A DNA stretch of 62,202 nucleotides, counting the filler, from Ionaspis alba (Eukaryota), in the NCBI GenBank assembly GCA_964255285.1. It is 2 parts of 2 records of this genome, joined end to end, with 100 filler letters (N's around TTAATTAATTAA, not from the genome) between each part and the next. Parts side by side here need not be neighbours in the genome. Positions count along the whole stretch, not along the records: positions 31,157 to 62,202 come from CAXUUL010000113.1; 1 more part is not named here. One strand, 5' to 3'. The notes beneath the pieces were generated by a model. The model ran no database searches, was not told the origin of the DNA, and saw nothing but the letters and a program-made list of their open reading frames with translations. Positions 39,392-52,375 of this stretch are shown here, piece after piece; positions within the stretch are counted from its first letter, which is position 1, and each line of letters begins with the position of its first letter. Both the position numbers and the translations under genes were made by a program.

Positions 39392-40141
39392 AACTTCGAT
39401 AGAGAATAATAGCATGCAAGGCGTCAAGGCAAACTTTGGACCTATCAAAGCTGAGACCCTAAGTATCTGGTGAATTATTCTGATGTGTTTGAGTGATGGA
39501 TGACGAGATGCAAACTCAGCTACCGCTGATGTCACAGATACGCTTGAAATTGAATATTCTCACTATAAGTGCACTGAAAGTCCTCTATGGGAGATACCCT
39601 GACCTCTGATGCTGCGAGAAACGGTGGTTATCTCTTGCTGGGTATTATTCAGTATGGAGGGATATCTCTCATCACGCTTGTAGTCTTCTCCTCAATTCCT
39701 GTGGGGCCACGTCGACGACAGCACTATATCAACCTCTTTCTATCACACGTCGTTCTCCTTCAGCTTTCTATATGTCTCTCCAACTAGCGAGACTTTCATT
39801 TCTTACTGCCCTCACTCTTAATAGCAAGGTGTCATCTTTTACGGCGTCTCGGTCAAGTGCATCACCAACACTGGCACGCGCCATTGGTCGGCGGCTACCT
39901 GCTCCTGATTGGATATGATACATGGGTCTCACAGCGAATGGGCTTGCTTGAATAACTTAACATTCTCATTCTTAGCTTGCTGATCAGCTCTACATAGCTC
40001 GAGGTCGAAAACAAGCCCCAGTCTGGAAAAGCAATCCAGCCAATGAAATCCGAAACCAAATAAGACATAAAATGAAGGAACATACAAAATTCCAAGGCTG
40101 TTCGAGGTAAGACCGTCACATTCGTCAATGGCCAGTGGCGT

Positions 40142-40474
40142 TCAAATGGCTTGAAGTCTCCTGTGACGTTCGTAGAGGAGATCATTAATCTCCTTCTCCA
40201 ACGTCTTGACAATGTCCCAAGACTTGTCAATAGACGCTCTAAATCTGGTTCCTTCTCTTTGCCAGCGGCCGATTCTCTCCATCTCCAGACCCTTGCGGCG
40301 GTTTTTCGTTTCGATCTTCTCGCAAAGCTTGCACTTCTGGCTAACCGGAACGGTCTGCATGATGAGTTTCATACCGCACGTTTCACCAGTGCGGTATTCG
40401 CGATTGCAGTGTTGTCTGAAGTGGCCCCACTTCCAGTCTCCACAGGCAAATCGGTGTTGGTCAAAGAAGCACAT
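40142..40474 (-). CDS. Small Cys-rich protein of unknown function (110 aa)
   Basis: Good Kozak context (AAACATG). Six spaced Cys followed by a coiled-coil-like tail. 5'-UTR intron GTAAGT...TAG at 40546-40494. Resembles conserved Pezizomycotina hypotheticals (from recall). Confidence 0.75.
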   Translation of the reverse strand: MCFFDQHRFACGDWKWGHFRQHCNREYRTGETCGMKLIMQTVPVSQKCKLCEKIETKNRRKGLEMERIGRWQREGTRFRASIDKSWDIVKTLEKEINDLLYERHRRLQAI

Positions 40475-43400
40475 GTTTGAGGTTTCTCAAGACCTATATA
40501 TCTCATTAATCCTGTCTTGCGAGAGATGCATTGGATTTCAACTTACTTATTGTGTTTGGTGCTACTGTGGTATCCTTGTGCTAAGTTTCTAGCTTGTTAT
40601 GATGATCGTTTGCTGTTACTGTCTTGAGTCTTAGCTACCAATGATTTGCTCATGGGGCAAGGCAGAGACTAACAAGAAGAAACAACCTGAAGCTTGTTGA
40701 GTATCAAGACTGATAGAGGAAACAATATCTAGTGGCTGAGGTTGAACAATCTGTGGATGCTTTGGAACAGAAGACGAGACAAGAGAAACGAAAGGGGTTT
40801 TTATATTCCATGATGAGTGGAGAAAGGGCAATGATGATCTCGATCTTTCTCTGCGAAATCAACAACAAATGCACAGACCGCTCGTTGATGGACACTTTGT
40901 GCTCCCGCTTGCAGCAACGGCCGTTCCGTCACTCCCATCTCCTCCAATGGAGTGCTACAATTCCAATTCTTGGTCGTTGAATCCACTCTCCGCTAGGACT
41001 TTCTCGTGCTTGGCGGATGATACGGAGCTGGAAACTTCGCATGCACTGCTTGTCACATCCATGGAGAACACATAGTCCAGGTGGCCGGTAGTCCAACTTT
41101 GGCCATTGAGCTGTCTTGCAGCTATCAAGACGTTACTTTCTCCTCTCCAACTGACCCTAGCTAGTCTGGAAAGTTTCTCATTCCCGTGTTCTAGTCCGCT
41201 CTGGTGTATCTGTGCTACCCTCGTCTTCGTATCACATGAGGAATGGATCTACCAAATGTTTACCATTCTCCCATGTCAGCTCCACTTTATGTGTCATTCC
41301 ACTGGTTGACAGGTAACAGCCCGGACACCGCTTTCAATGGCGTTCGAGCACGGGATCATTGGCCAACACATTCTGGAATCGTTGTCTGGATTTGATTCAG
41401 CTTGTGGACCGGAAGGCATGGTTTATCATCTCTTGTACTACCGAGTGGTTTCGACATGTGGATGCCACCATGAAGGAGCATGATTTCGGATAGCCAGTCT
41501 ATCATCCTTGCACAACAAACAGACATGGCTTGAAGTTTTCGTTTATTCTTGCATCATAAACGCAATGTGATATGGTTTCTTGATCAGCGGACTTGGCAGG
41601 CACCTGCATAGCTCAAATCGATCTGGTTCGCCTCCGAGCTTCGGGGTCTCAGTGCCGGAACGCCGATACTTTTTATTTCCAGGGCATTCTGTGATTTGCC
41701 GGGAAAGAATGTCAAGCACTTGCATTGAAGGTGTTTTACGATCACAATGCGCTCATGCTGTTCTGGTTTGTTGGGGAGCTTTCAAGCGTGCACGAGCTGA
41801 ATCCCCGGAAGGCTTGGGGGACACTAGGAAGAAGGTATGGTGGGACTAACATTTCGGGTGGTCGGTCATAGCCTTCAAGTTGAACAAGTCTATATTCAAC
41901 CAACGAACCATCTTCCTCAACCGCCACACCAACCTAGTCGGCCCCTCACTCTATCGATTGCCGTGTCCGTTCTCGATCTCCACCTTGCCGTTGCTGATCC
42001 GACTCCGGGGAGTTGCCAAAAGCCCGGCCCCGCAAAGTGAGAAGATATCGGATTTTGACTTTTGGTCCAGCAAAGGATCAGCAGACAAAATTGATGACGG
42101 ATTGCCTCTCATCACATTGATCGCCGCCACTACGACACCTTCCTGGCATGTGGTTTCTTATGACTGTGCATGCTTATCATGTTCGGCTGGGACTCTCACC
42201 GTCTTGCGAATCTATCCATCCGTTCAGCTTTCAAGGATAAGACACTCTACCAGTCAGACCAACAGATTTGCGGCAAGGAATACTTCCGCTATCTCTTTAT
42301 TCTTTGCCAATCGGACTTCTCCTGCCAGCAAGGCTAACGGCATGACACATTTCCATTGCACAAGCCGAGGACGGCTGGTTTCTGTGTACAAGGCGGATTT
42401 CAGGCGAACTATGTGACGGTTATTGCCTAATCCGGTCACGCTTCGAAGGCTGGATGAGACACCAGACTGGGTCAGGGTCCCCAGCAACACACAAAGTAGC
42501 GACACAAATCATATTGAAGGTCCGGAATGACAGACCAAGTTTGTGGTTCCAAAGTCATGGACTTAATGCTACGCCCCATTGACCTATCCATCTCCGTTGA
42601 ACCCGCGCTCCAGTTGTCCAAACAACCGTCCAAATCATGACCAATGACATCCAGGCTTTCCTGGAGGCTGGTCTGTTGTTGATATAACTCAGAATCTAGT
42701 CTACGTCGTCTAATTATAAGAAACTGAAACTTTCTGACTTCGATAGACGTTGAATTTTACCTCATTTGCCTCATGCACGATCATTAACGGGTTCCCTTAT
42801 GCTGGGACCATTTCCTCTCACCTGACTGCGACGCGACATGACGGGTGTCAGCCATGTCAACAAATGAGCGGCCGGCAATGAGGTCTGGACAATTTAAGCT
42901 ACACAGGTTGTTCCCGGCTAGGCACTTCCTTCAGGTGATAGGCCGCTTGTTGCTGCGAGCTACTGCTGTCGACGCAGCCCTCAACTGGGGATCTCGGAGC
43001 AGGGGCCCCCCTCCTTTTTTCCCTCGCTGACCTTATCCGACTTGCATGAATTTCGTGCTGCCAACTTGCGACGCGTCGATTGGATGGCGGTAGATGCATG
43101 TTGTAGATCCATGTCGGCCTCGGCGCTAAATTTCTTCGAGACAAGCCAAGACATGCTTTGCTCTGCATATCTGAGACGTCAACATTCATGTCACTGATAC
43201 TCCAACGGTTCTGTCGCGTCTTGAACACAGAAACACTTCTGCAGTTTGCATGCTATCCTCCGAGGAGTTTTGTCCGACTTCGTACTATTCGTCATGCTGG
43301 TCTCCACTTTGACGATCTCTCACTGCGTGGGCTATGCTCACGCCTCATCTATACCGTTTCGAGCACTCTAGTTCTCTTGCCTCCGCTTATTCTTGTTCAT

Positions 43401-43595
43401 CGTACCTATTTTTCTCTGGCCTTCCTCACATTGTTGCCCGATAATGCGTAGGAATCTCCCAACCTCCCCTAGGCACCAGCACACCTCGTTACATGCCCAG
43501 CATGCCCATCCTGCCTTCTCCCTTCTCACTCGTATTCCGGGTGCCTCTTGCCTAATCCTCCATGTAGACATCCATCAGCTTCCAAAATTGCACAT

Positions 43596-44599
43596 CTACG
43601 ATCCCTCGTCTTGTTTACTGTCATTGTCAGGGTTCTCAGCCGCTGGCCTCCCGCTCCTGCTTACCACACCACCACCACTACCATTCACCTCTGCCTTCTT
43701 CGCCCTTTCCCTCTCCTTTCTCTTGACCTTCTTCTCCCTATTCCGCCTCGTCCTCTTCTCCCTCTCTGCCGTTTCCTGCTCTACCAATCTCTTGCTTGCC
43801 GCCTCCTTCTCCGCCCGAAATGTAGCCATCCATTTGCGTAGAGCGATCCGTCGTCTCTTGCTAGCTCGTTTTCTGGACTTAGAACCTTCCTCCATAAATG
43901 AAACTAAAGAAGCTTTCAATTTCGTGGCCGTGTGCTGAGAAGGAGACTGAGACTTGAGGGTCGTGACTCGCCACTTTACTTCGTAGCCTGGCTGGTTGTC
44001 AATCAGTCATCGATCATCAAGCACGCTATCCGTGGTGTCGAGAAGGTGGTGAGAGTCAAGGATTCGTCACCACACGAACGTACCCATCGCCGTCCCGCCT
44101 CAGCCACTATGTCCTCCGCGGAAACAGCAGCCACTTCGTACTCTTTCCGCTTCTCAGCAGAAACGGCGGCCGAAAAGTAGTAGCTCAGCGGCCGCTGTGA
44201 ATGGACGAACCCTGGAGTCGACGACACCGGCGACGGAGAGCGGATAGTAATTCGGTGGAACAAGACGTCTTTCGCATTAGTAGGGCCTATGGTGGAAGCA
44301 TTGGTATCCTGTGTGCGAGTAACCGGCCTGGCGAAGAGCCGGAACTCGAACGCTTCGGCATCACCATCGTTTGCAGGATCTTCATGGGGAGGTGGAGAGG
44401 AAGTCTTGAGGCTGAAGTGATCGACGTAGTACGATTGTAGTTGAGCGGTGAGGGCGGGTTCGGGGGAGAGTGATGGTGAGGAAGATGAGCGGAGATCGGA
44501 GCGGCGGATGCTGTGTGGAAGGTGTTAGTTGCTGTGAGAAGCTGCGGACGGGAAAGGCGATGGAGAGGCGGACCGCTTGGAGTTGGGGAGGTCGAACAT
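43596..44599 (-). CDS. Fungal DUF2011-like protein
   Basis: MFDLPNSKR|IRRSDL start, EAFEFRLF, RPLSYYF and AVSAEDIV motifs, and a basic C-terminus EKRTRRNREKKVKRK; two introns. Confidence 0.7.
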
Positions 44600-45019
44600 T
44601 TATAGTGAGGAGATAGAGGCAGTGGTCATAAGTTTGGGTTTCTGATGGCCTGGGAAGGTGGATGGATTTGGTGATCTGTGGAAATTGGTCTCTGGAAGAA
44701 TGGTGGAGTTATTGATACCATCATTGTCTGGACGATTGAGCACAATCTACTCTTGACGGTCTGTGGATTTTGGAGGTGATTATAGCTCTTACTCGTCTAT
44801 AGGTTGACACTGGCAGCAAGTGAGTGAGATCGATGACAATTTCACAGTTCGAAGTGACAGACTCGAAGTGCATTCATTGTTCAGTAGCACACATTCGCAG
44901 CAAAGGGTATCTAAATTCTAGGCGACATGCTCCCACACTCTGACATGCTGATAGCCCTGGCAGGCAACTTTGAACGCCGTTACTTCTCAAAGGAGCAGCA
45001 TCGCCAGAAACGAGCTTCT

Positions 45020-46468
45020 CTAACCAGAAGTACTCGGACGTTCCACATTTTCCCCCTTGCTCTTAACCCTCTTCACCGAGAACGCCTTCTTCAACTTCTT
45101 CAACTTTGCCCATCTCTCCCGGTCCTTCTCATCCCTTGCCGCCCTCTTCTCAACTCCATTCTTCTCACTAACCACACTTCCAACCTCACTAGCCGCATCA
45201 TCGTCCTTCGCACCTGGCACAGGCGGCGGCGGCATCAATCCCCGTCTCGGATTCTGCATATTCCGCACGACCTGCTCCAGGGTCTCCCAGCCCGAGAGTT
45301 TCGGCATCTCCAGATCTCCCTCAGCGGGCTTCAGACCGTCATTCTGGACCGAACCATTGATCCAAGGACAGTACTCGCGGTGTTCTGTCTCCACGTCCAA
45401 GCAGCTCACAATGGCTTCTTGATCACCAAGGCCGCTGTCAGCGCGGGACCGTGGACGGAATAGCCAGAATCCTAGGCGTCGGAAGCAGGCATTGCAGCAG
45501 GCTATTCCAGCCATATGGCCGTACTCGGCCTCCCAGCCGAAAAGAGCTAGACTGAGGGCTTCTTCGTTGATCATGGGTGGGGACGTTCCGTTGGAATGTG
45601 GAGTAGATTGATGTAAAAATTGGGATAACTGTGAAGAGAGGGCTCTGATATCGTAACCTTCTGGTCTCCTTATGTTTGTTGGAAGCTCCGCCGACATACT
45701 GACAAGGGACTCGTAACGGTAGCGTAGCGCATCGAGAGTGGTTGGAGGATGGGCGAGAGGAAGTCGCTGTATAGTAGCTGTAAAGAGCATAGTCAGATCG
45801 CATACCACACAGCATCAATGCCATTTTTAGTAGGGTCACATACCATCACAACCTCTTATCCTCCATAAACAGCTCTCATCATGCTCAGTCACAATCATCC
45901 TCGCATACTTCTCCACCAACTGCTCATGCGCCGCAATCTTCCAATCACTATCCTCATCTGTATGCTCCTGATCTTCTTCAGCAGTAGGTACGTAATAATG
46001 ACCCAGCGAAACGACCACTTCTTTCCCACATCCAGCACACCCTACTCTTTCTCTTCCCACGCACCGCCAGCCTCTTTTGGCCCACTGGACCTCGTTGACG
46101 GGATCTGGCTTCGACATCCACTTATCGACATAACGGAAGGTTCCGAGTCGTTCTAGAAACTTTCCACGATCCCAGGGTGTGAAATTCGGCGGCTTCTTCT
46201 CTCCTGCTGCAGCGCTATTCTGTGTCATTAACGTCGCTAGTCTCCTCCCACCGGCATCTAGCGATATTTGAGATCCGGTCGAGACGTACGCGCTTTGAGG
46301 TCGAGTCACGCGTGATTTCTTAGCAGGAGACTCGATGTTGGCGGGGAGAGTTGTGGTTGAGGCATTGGCTTTGTGATTCTTGGAGGCGAGAGAGGTGCTG
46401 GAGCTGTTGGAGATGGAGTCCAATATTCGATGGAACTTCCGCTTCGTTGTGCTCAGAGCGTAGGCCAT
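45020..46468 (-). CDS. C3HC zinc finger / Rsm1-like protein (ZC3HC1/NIPA/Pml39 family)
   Basis: PWDRGKFLERLGTF, WAKRGW, CAGC...HDESCLW and LALFGW...CNACFRRLGFW...EHREYCPW; one intron. Confidence 0.88.
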
Positions 46469-46959
46469 TTTTGACGAGATGAGAGACGTGGATCTCTTGA
46501 CAAACGGCTTTGAGGAAGAAGAAAGCGGGATTGTTGATGATGCTCGGTTGAACTTGCCTCTTCGGCTGGAGAGCACCGGGAACAAAAGTCGGAACATCTC
46601 GCACTACAGTTGCAAAGAAATCTTGTACCATTTCACCCATACGATATGCACGTTTTTGATTGTAATTGAGTACGAAGAATAAAAGCAGGACTTGTGAATA
46701 TTCGTACTTTCTACGAAGTCTCCTCTGGGTCGTGTCCGAGGGAGCAGCTTAGGGTTTCTCTGCATTGGTATTCAGGTATTGGATGAAACCAAAAAATTCT
46801 CGATTCTTGCCCTTCTCCAACCCTAAACACCTTCTAGTCATCTCAGTTGGAATCCTGGCTTTGGCAATCCTCTACCGTTCAGTTGACCGTCTCAAGCTCA
46901 TTTCTCATCAGTTTACTGGACTCTCCCACTACTCCAAGTTCTCGTCACTAAACACCAAA

Positions 46960-48015
46960 ATGTCATATACCAAAGAACTGCGAATTGCTTCTTTGGCGGT
47001 GCAACGAGCTACTATCCTTACTCAAAGGGTCTTTCATGAGAAGGTCAAGGGAACTTTGTCAAAGGATGACAAGTCCCCTGTGACCATTGGAGATTTTGGT
47101 GCTCAAGCGTTGATTATCCAGGCTATCAAGCACAACTTCCCACAAGACGAGATAGTTGGCGAGGAGGAAGCGAGCTCACTACGTAGCAATTCCGGCCTTA
47201 CGGAGCAGATATGGGAGCTTGTGCAGAACGCAAAGCTAGATGATGGCCTAGACTCAGAGCTCGGGGGTCAGCTAAATAGTGCAGACCAGATGCTAGAGGC
47301 TATCGATGCAGGCAATAGTGCAGGAGGTGCGAAGGGTCGGTATTGGGCCTTAGATCCGATTGACGGCACAAAAGGCTTCCTACGAGGAGGCCAATACGCC
47401 GTCTGCTTGGCACTGATTGTTGACGGTGAAGTCAGGGTTGGTGTTCTCGGCTGTCCGAATCTGCCAGTAGACGACAAGGCCCCGTTATCAGCCGATGTGG
47501 GAGGAGCGAATAAGGACAAGCACCAGAGAGGAGTCCTGTTTGCTGCTGTCTATGGAGAGGGGGCTACGAGTCGTCCTTTGGGCACAGGAGACCTACTGCC
47601 GAGCCAAGCAATTCATATGAAGACACCAGCGATGGAAGATGCTAGTTTCTGTGAGAGCGTTGAGGCAGGGCATTCTTCGCATGGTGATCAAGCTGCTATT
47701 ACGAAGGAACTCGGTATCTCCAAACCAAGTGTCCGGATGGATTCCCAATCAAAATATGGGTCCGTCGCTCGAGGTGCTGGTGATATCTACCTGAGACTGC
47801 CTGTGAGCGCTACTTACCAAGAAAAGATCTGGGATCACGCTGCAGGCGATCTGATCGTCCGAGAAGCTGGAGGAATCGTCACCGATGCAGTGGGCAACCG
47901 CTTGGACTTTTCGCAAGGCAGGACTTTGTCTAAGAACAAGGGCGTCGTAGTGGCACCCAAGGCATTGCACTTTGAGGTCTTGAGTGCTGTGAAGAAAGTG
48001 CTCGAGGCGAAATGA
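46960..48015 (+). CDS. MET22: 3'(2'),5'-bisphosphate nucleotidase (possible longer isoform from ATG 46783)
   Basis: KDDKSPVTIGDFGAQA, WALDPIDGTKGFLRGGQYAV, RMDSQSKY and EKIWDHAAG. Confidence 0.96.
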   Translation: MSYTKELRIASLAVQRATILTQRVFHEKVKGTLSKDDKSPVTIGDFGAQALIIQAIKHNFPQDEIVGEEEASSLRSNSGLTEQIWELVQNAKLDDGLDSELGGQLNSADQMLEAIDAGNSAGGAKGRYWALDPIDGTKGFLRGGQYAVCLALIVDGEVRVGVLGCPNLPVDDKAPLSADVGGANKDKHQRGVLFAAVYGEGATSRPLGTGDLLPSQAIHMKTPAMEDASFCESVEAGHSSHGDQAAITKELGISKPSVRMDSQSKYGSVARGAGDIYLRLPVSATYQEKIWDHAAGDLIVREAGGIVTDAVGNRLDFSQGRTLSKNKGVVVAPKALHFEVLSAVKKVLEAK

Positions 48016-48276
48016 TCATTCTCGGCGTCCAAAAGATGTCGGAAGTGGAATCTACAGACTTTCATGAAAAATATACTCCTGAAATCATCCGTAACTCAAA
48101 TAACGAACACTTCTCACAAGCATATGAACATGACATAGACGAAAGAGTTGGCAAGATGCAATTAGAAATGGACAGCAATGTGTGCATCCTTATGATACAT
48201 GTATTCGACAGAATTCGGGCAATCCTTGGGATGCTGGCAAGATATGCAGCATAGATAGTACTGTACTATATACTTC

Positions 48277-49127
48277 CTACTTGATCTTCTTCGCTTTCAA
48301 CTTTATCGTCTCCCCATTCACAAAGATCCCCTTGCCCTTATACGGCTCCGGCTTTCTCCACATCCTGATCTCCGCCGCAAATTGATTCACAACCTCCTTA
48401 TCAGAACCCTGCAATAAGATTCTCGTAGGCTGAGGCGTGCTGGCCGTCACTCCCACTGGGACCCCAAGTTCAATCGGATGTGAGTAGCCAACCTTCAAAG
48501 ACACGAATTTCTGGCCTGGATATTCGGGCTGCTTGGTCACGGCTGTTGTCTCTACGGTAGCTCGGAACCCGACTCCGACGAGTCGTAAAATCGCGTTGTG
48601 TCCTTCTGATACTCCGAGAATGTGATTTTGGATATATGCGCGCGTGGTGCCTGGAAATTGTCAACCCAGTCCCTCGTGAGAACAGAACATATAGACACTC
48701 ACCCCACATCTCCCTTTGTTTCCGCTCTTCCTTGTCCGAAATCTTCAGCGTAGCCTTCCTCGTCAGAGGGTCTTGATTGAAGCTCATGTATATTGGAATT
48801 GGCACTGTCATCTTGCCTGAGAACCAGTTAGTAATGTTTTAATGAAAATAGAGGTCTGCGACTGGGTATACCCAACGGCCCTTCAACCTCGAGAATTCTT
48901 GGGGGTTCCACTCGGCGAACGACATTTTTCTTCGAGTTGGGTGGTTCGAGAAAACGTAGATTGACATCGGGAGGTAATGATAATGGAGCACGCCCGATTC
49001 GACTTTCGCGGTTCGTGGAGCTCGAGAATGGTCGCACAGACGGAGCGCTGGCAAAAGCAGGCAGGAGGAAGTCTGGCAATGATGTGATAGAAGCACGTAT
49101 TGGCTTCGCTTTGGTTGAAGACAGCAT
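48277..49127 (-). CDS. MRPL6: Mitochondrial ribosomal protein uL6m
   Basis: Presequence, SRIGRAPL, VEGPLG, QREMW|GTTRA and WRKPEPYKGKGI; two introns. Confidence 0.95.
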
Positions 49128-49735
49128 GGTGAGCTGTAACCAGCTCCAGGTGAAAACAAAGTCTCACCTAGTTGCTCTGAGGGCTCATCTTCAATGCCAA
49201 GACTTTTGCGATCACAGGGCTTAGACCTAAACTCAAAACCAACAACTCATTTGCTCCTCGGCTCTACCAAAACGTCCCGTTTTTCGCGGTGGTTGCGCCT
49301 GCCAAATCCATTGTTGTCGTGATAGCATACAAAGTTACACGGACACTCAGTCCAAGACGATCGGAAGACCGAAGACTCTTTGCAAACCTAAGAAACGATG
49401 TCGATGGGCGCCCAGCTGGAGAATCTCAGGAAGCCGTCCGGCGTTGAGGAGAGCTGCGGTGCATGATGGGAGACCGACAGTGAAGTAGTGAGGATTGTCA
49501 AGTTCCAACCGGACGACGGTCTTTCACTTACAAGATTTCATCCTTTCTTAGAACTTTGTTCTTCTCTTCTATCCTTACTTCTCTTTCCTTCCTCAACAAC
49601 CAACCTACCTCTACTTGTTCTACTAGTCTCCGAAGGTCAATCTATGTATGATTGACATTGTTAAAGCTATATTGTATAACCACCTAAGATCTTGTTTGTT
49701 GTTACTCTGCCTAGCTAGAAGTTGTGTATTTGAGC

Positions 49736-51808
49736 ATGTCGCCCACGACTTTTTCGAGAATGTTGTGCTTCGTTGTGATCTGCGTAGTAGTTCTCATTGA
49801 TCAGGCAGCCGCGGTTGGTCTGTGGGCAAGACAGAGGAGTATTTCATATCTCTACACTACAGATATATACTCAATACGATTTGAAACTGACATTTCAAGC
49901 AGATGCAGTTGTGATGCAAGCTCGGCCCAAAGACTATACCGAGTCAGATCTTACACTCCAACTCAGCAGTTCCATGCACGATCGCTCCGGAGTCTATTCG
50001 AAAGCTTTGGTTTTACTGGTACAAATGCAGACGGCGCCCTCTTGTAGACGATTAGCCGCTACGGACCTCATAACGGACTGTCGATCAATTGAAGGGGCAA
50101 CTTCAACGTCAGCATCAGATTTAGATGATGTGAAGGAGATTTACGCTGCACGCCTTGCTCTCTGCGAGCTACAGCGTGCAGATGCCCAGATACCCTCTCA
50201 GTGCGAAGTCATCTCCAAGATAAGCAAGGACTCCGGGGCGAAGACCAATGGGGATGTGACCAATCACGTTCTGCGATTATGCCTGAAGAACTTGGAGTCG
50301 AGACCGCAATGGTGGACTAGCTATAGCAATGCCTTGCAAGAGACTGAGGTCATGTGCCAAGCTGCTCGTATCGAGATCGAGAAAGGTGAGAAGTACTTCT
50401 CAATGAGCCGTAGTAGATGTCTTAACCCCTTTACAGATGATCTGATTGAGCTGCACAAGAAAATGGTCCGAACGGGTTCTGGCATTGATGCTACACTAAC
50501 CCACGCATTGGCCGAGGCAAATGACCGACTTCTTCAGCAACGGAATTTCGTAGCAGCCGTCAAATCTATCCAGAAAGACCTTCTTCAAGACATCGAGAAT
50601 TCTCGGACAGAATCACGCTCTTTTTTCTATCAACTTATGGGGAAATTTGAGTCAAATTTGGGCTCAGTGATACGCAGAATGACTTCAGGGATTCAAGTTG
50701 TTGAGAAGGACATCGCAAACCTGGACAAAGTGAGCACCTAGAAATTCCATAATTAGTTGCGGAGCTAACAGAACAAATTAGTTCTTACAGAAGTCCAACG
50801 ACGATGCCTTACTCCTCAACAAGAACATCGGGAAGGTGTTCCAGCAACTGGTCGACGGTAGCTCGGAGTTTGCAGCTAGTCAGACACAACAGTCTGACAT
50901 TAACCGAGGTCTTGCACTGGATTTACAGAACTCTCTGGAGTCAATGCAAGGTCAACATGTCAGTGCAATCCTTGGTGCATTCGGGGAGATCCACAGTAAG
51001 CTTGTGAGTGTATTCGCGTTATACTGAAACGCAGAAGATACTGATTGATCTTAGCAAATGTCCAATGAGCTTATGGTCATGATGCACGTGAAGCAGACTG
51101 CCTTGGGCGAGGTCTGTGTTCTTGCAATGTCCACAAATCTCATAAGGTTACTCTAACGTCGAAGCAGCGACTAAACTTTCTCGACACGTCATTCGAGAAG
51201 TTGGAAACGAAAGCCGAAGCGTTTCATACCTTACAGACCCGTCAAGCTGAGACACAAGGTCAACTTTATGAGCAAATGCAGAACAACATGCAAATAACTA
51301 CTGAGAAACTTGCCGCTATCGATGCTTCAGCTTCGAGTATTGCGTCAAAGCTCAAGGATCTCTCAGCGGTGCTGTCACAAATAGCCAGCCTCGGAGGAAT
51401 GCTCGGTATTCTACTCCGATGGAAGTGGCCTTGTATGGCAGCCGTGATGGTTGCATGGTTCAGCCCACGTTTTGCCTTCTGCACTGCGGCTACAATAGGT
51501 ACACTTCCCTCATCACGTCTCGTTGCAGATTATACACTGATGCAATCATAGCTACGGTCTATCTCTCGTGCACGATCTGGGATGCCATTCCCCTCAACAT
51601 CATCCTGATCCGAAACGTCTTAGGCTACCAAATCTCGCTCGCAACTCTCGTCCACCTCACAGCCGCTCTTGGCCTGAGCTGTGTCATGTTTCTGTTGTTT
51701 CGGAGTTCTCGAATTCGAAAGTTGCTCGAAGCAATTACAGATCTGTCATCATTACCGCATCTCGGGTACGAGAATTGCCGACGTAAACACCGGATCTGGT
51801 CTATCTGA
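49736..51808 (+). CDS. KAR5: Nuclear membrane fusion protein Kar5/Tht1 (Brambleberry family)
   Basis: Signal peptide, Cys-rich domain (YAARLALCEL...CLKNLESRPQWWTSYSN...MCQAAR), coiled coils and C-terminal TM segments; multi-exon. Confidence 0.85.
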
Positions 51809-52375
51809 ACCTATCAATTTGCGGATTCCACGAGGCCACACATCACTTTTGCCACCACCGCCATCTACAGCTACCAGAAACGATCTATTCCTAACATTCA
51901 TACCTGGCGGTCACCCCCTCACATCTTGGCACATATCTAGCTCATGGCTCGAGCTCACAAATATTTACTAGCACTTGGAGATGGCTCGTTGGGTTATTCT
52001 TGACGACAATATCCTTTATCTGGCAGACTTGTGACTTCAGCGACATCTGCCATTGCGGAGTATTGGAGGTTTTGCCAAGGTTTTGCTTCATCTGCGATAC
52101 ATTCAGTGTACATAGCTTAACCGTGCTTGAGATAAGAGTGCTATCCATTTTCATCCAAACAAGAACAGGCCATCCTTCTAGATCAGACTTAAAATAACGT
52201 ATGCTATGTATCTGGCGCTCTGATGTGCCCGGAGACAGGGACACTCAAGGCCTCCAGTAATAATGGTATCGAAAGATGTTGCACCTACCGGTACATACAA
52301 AAATTCACATCCCATATGCAAAGAGCAGGACTCGATTCCATAAAACCACTGTTGGTACAATCCGAAAGCGCCTTC

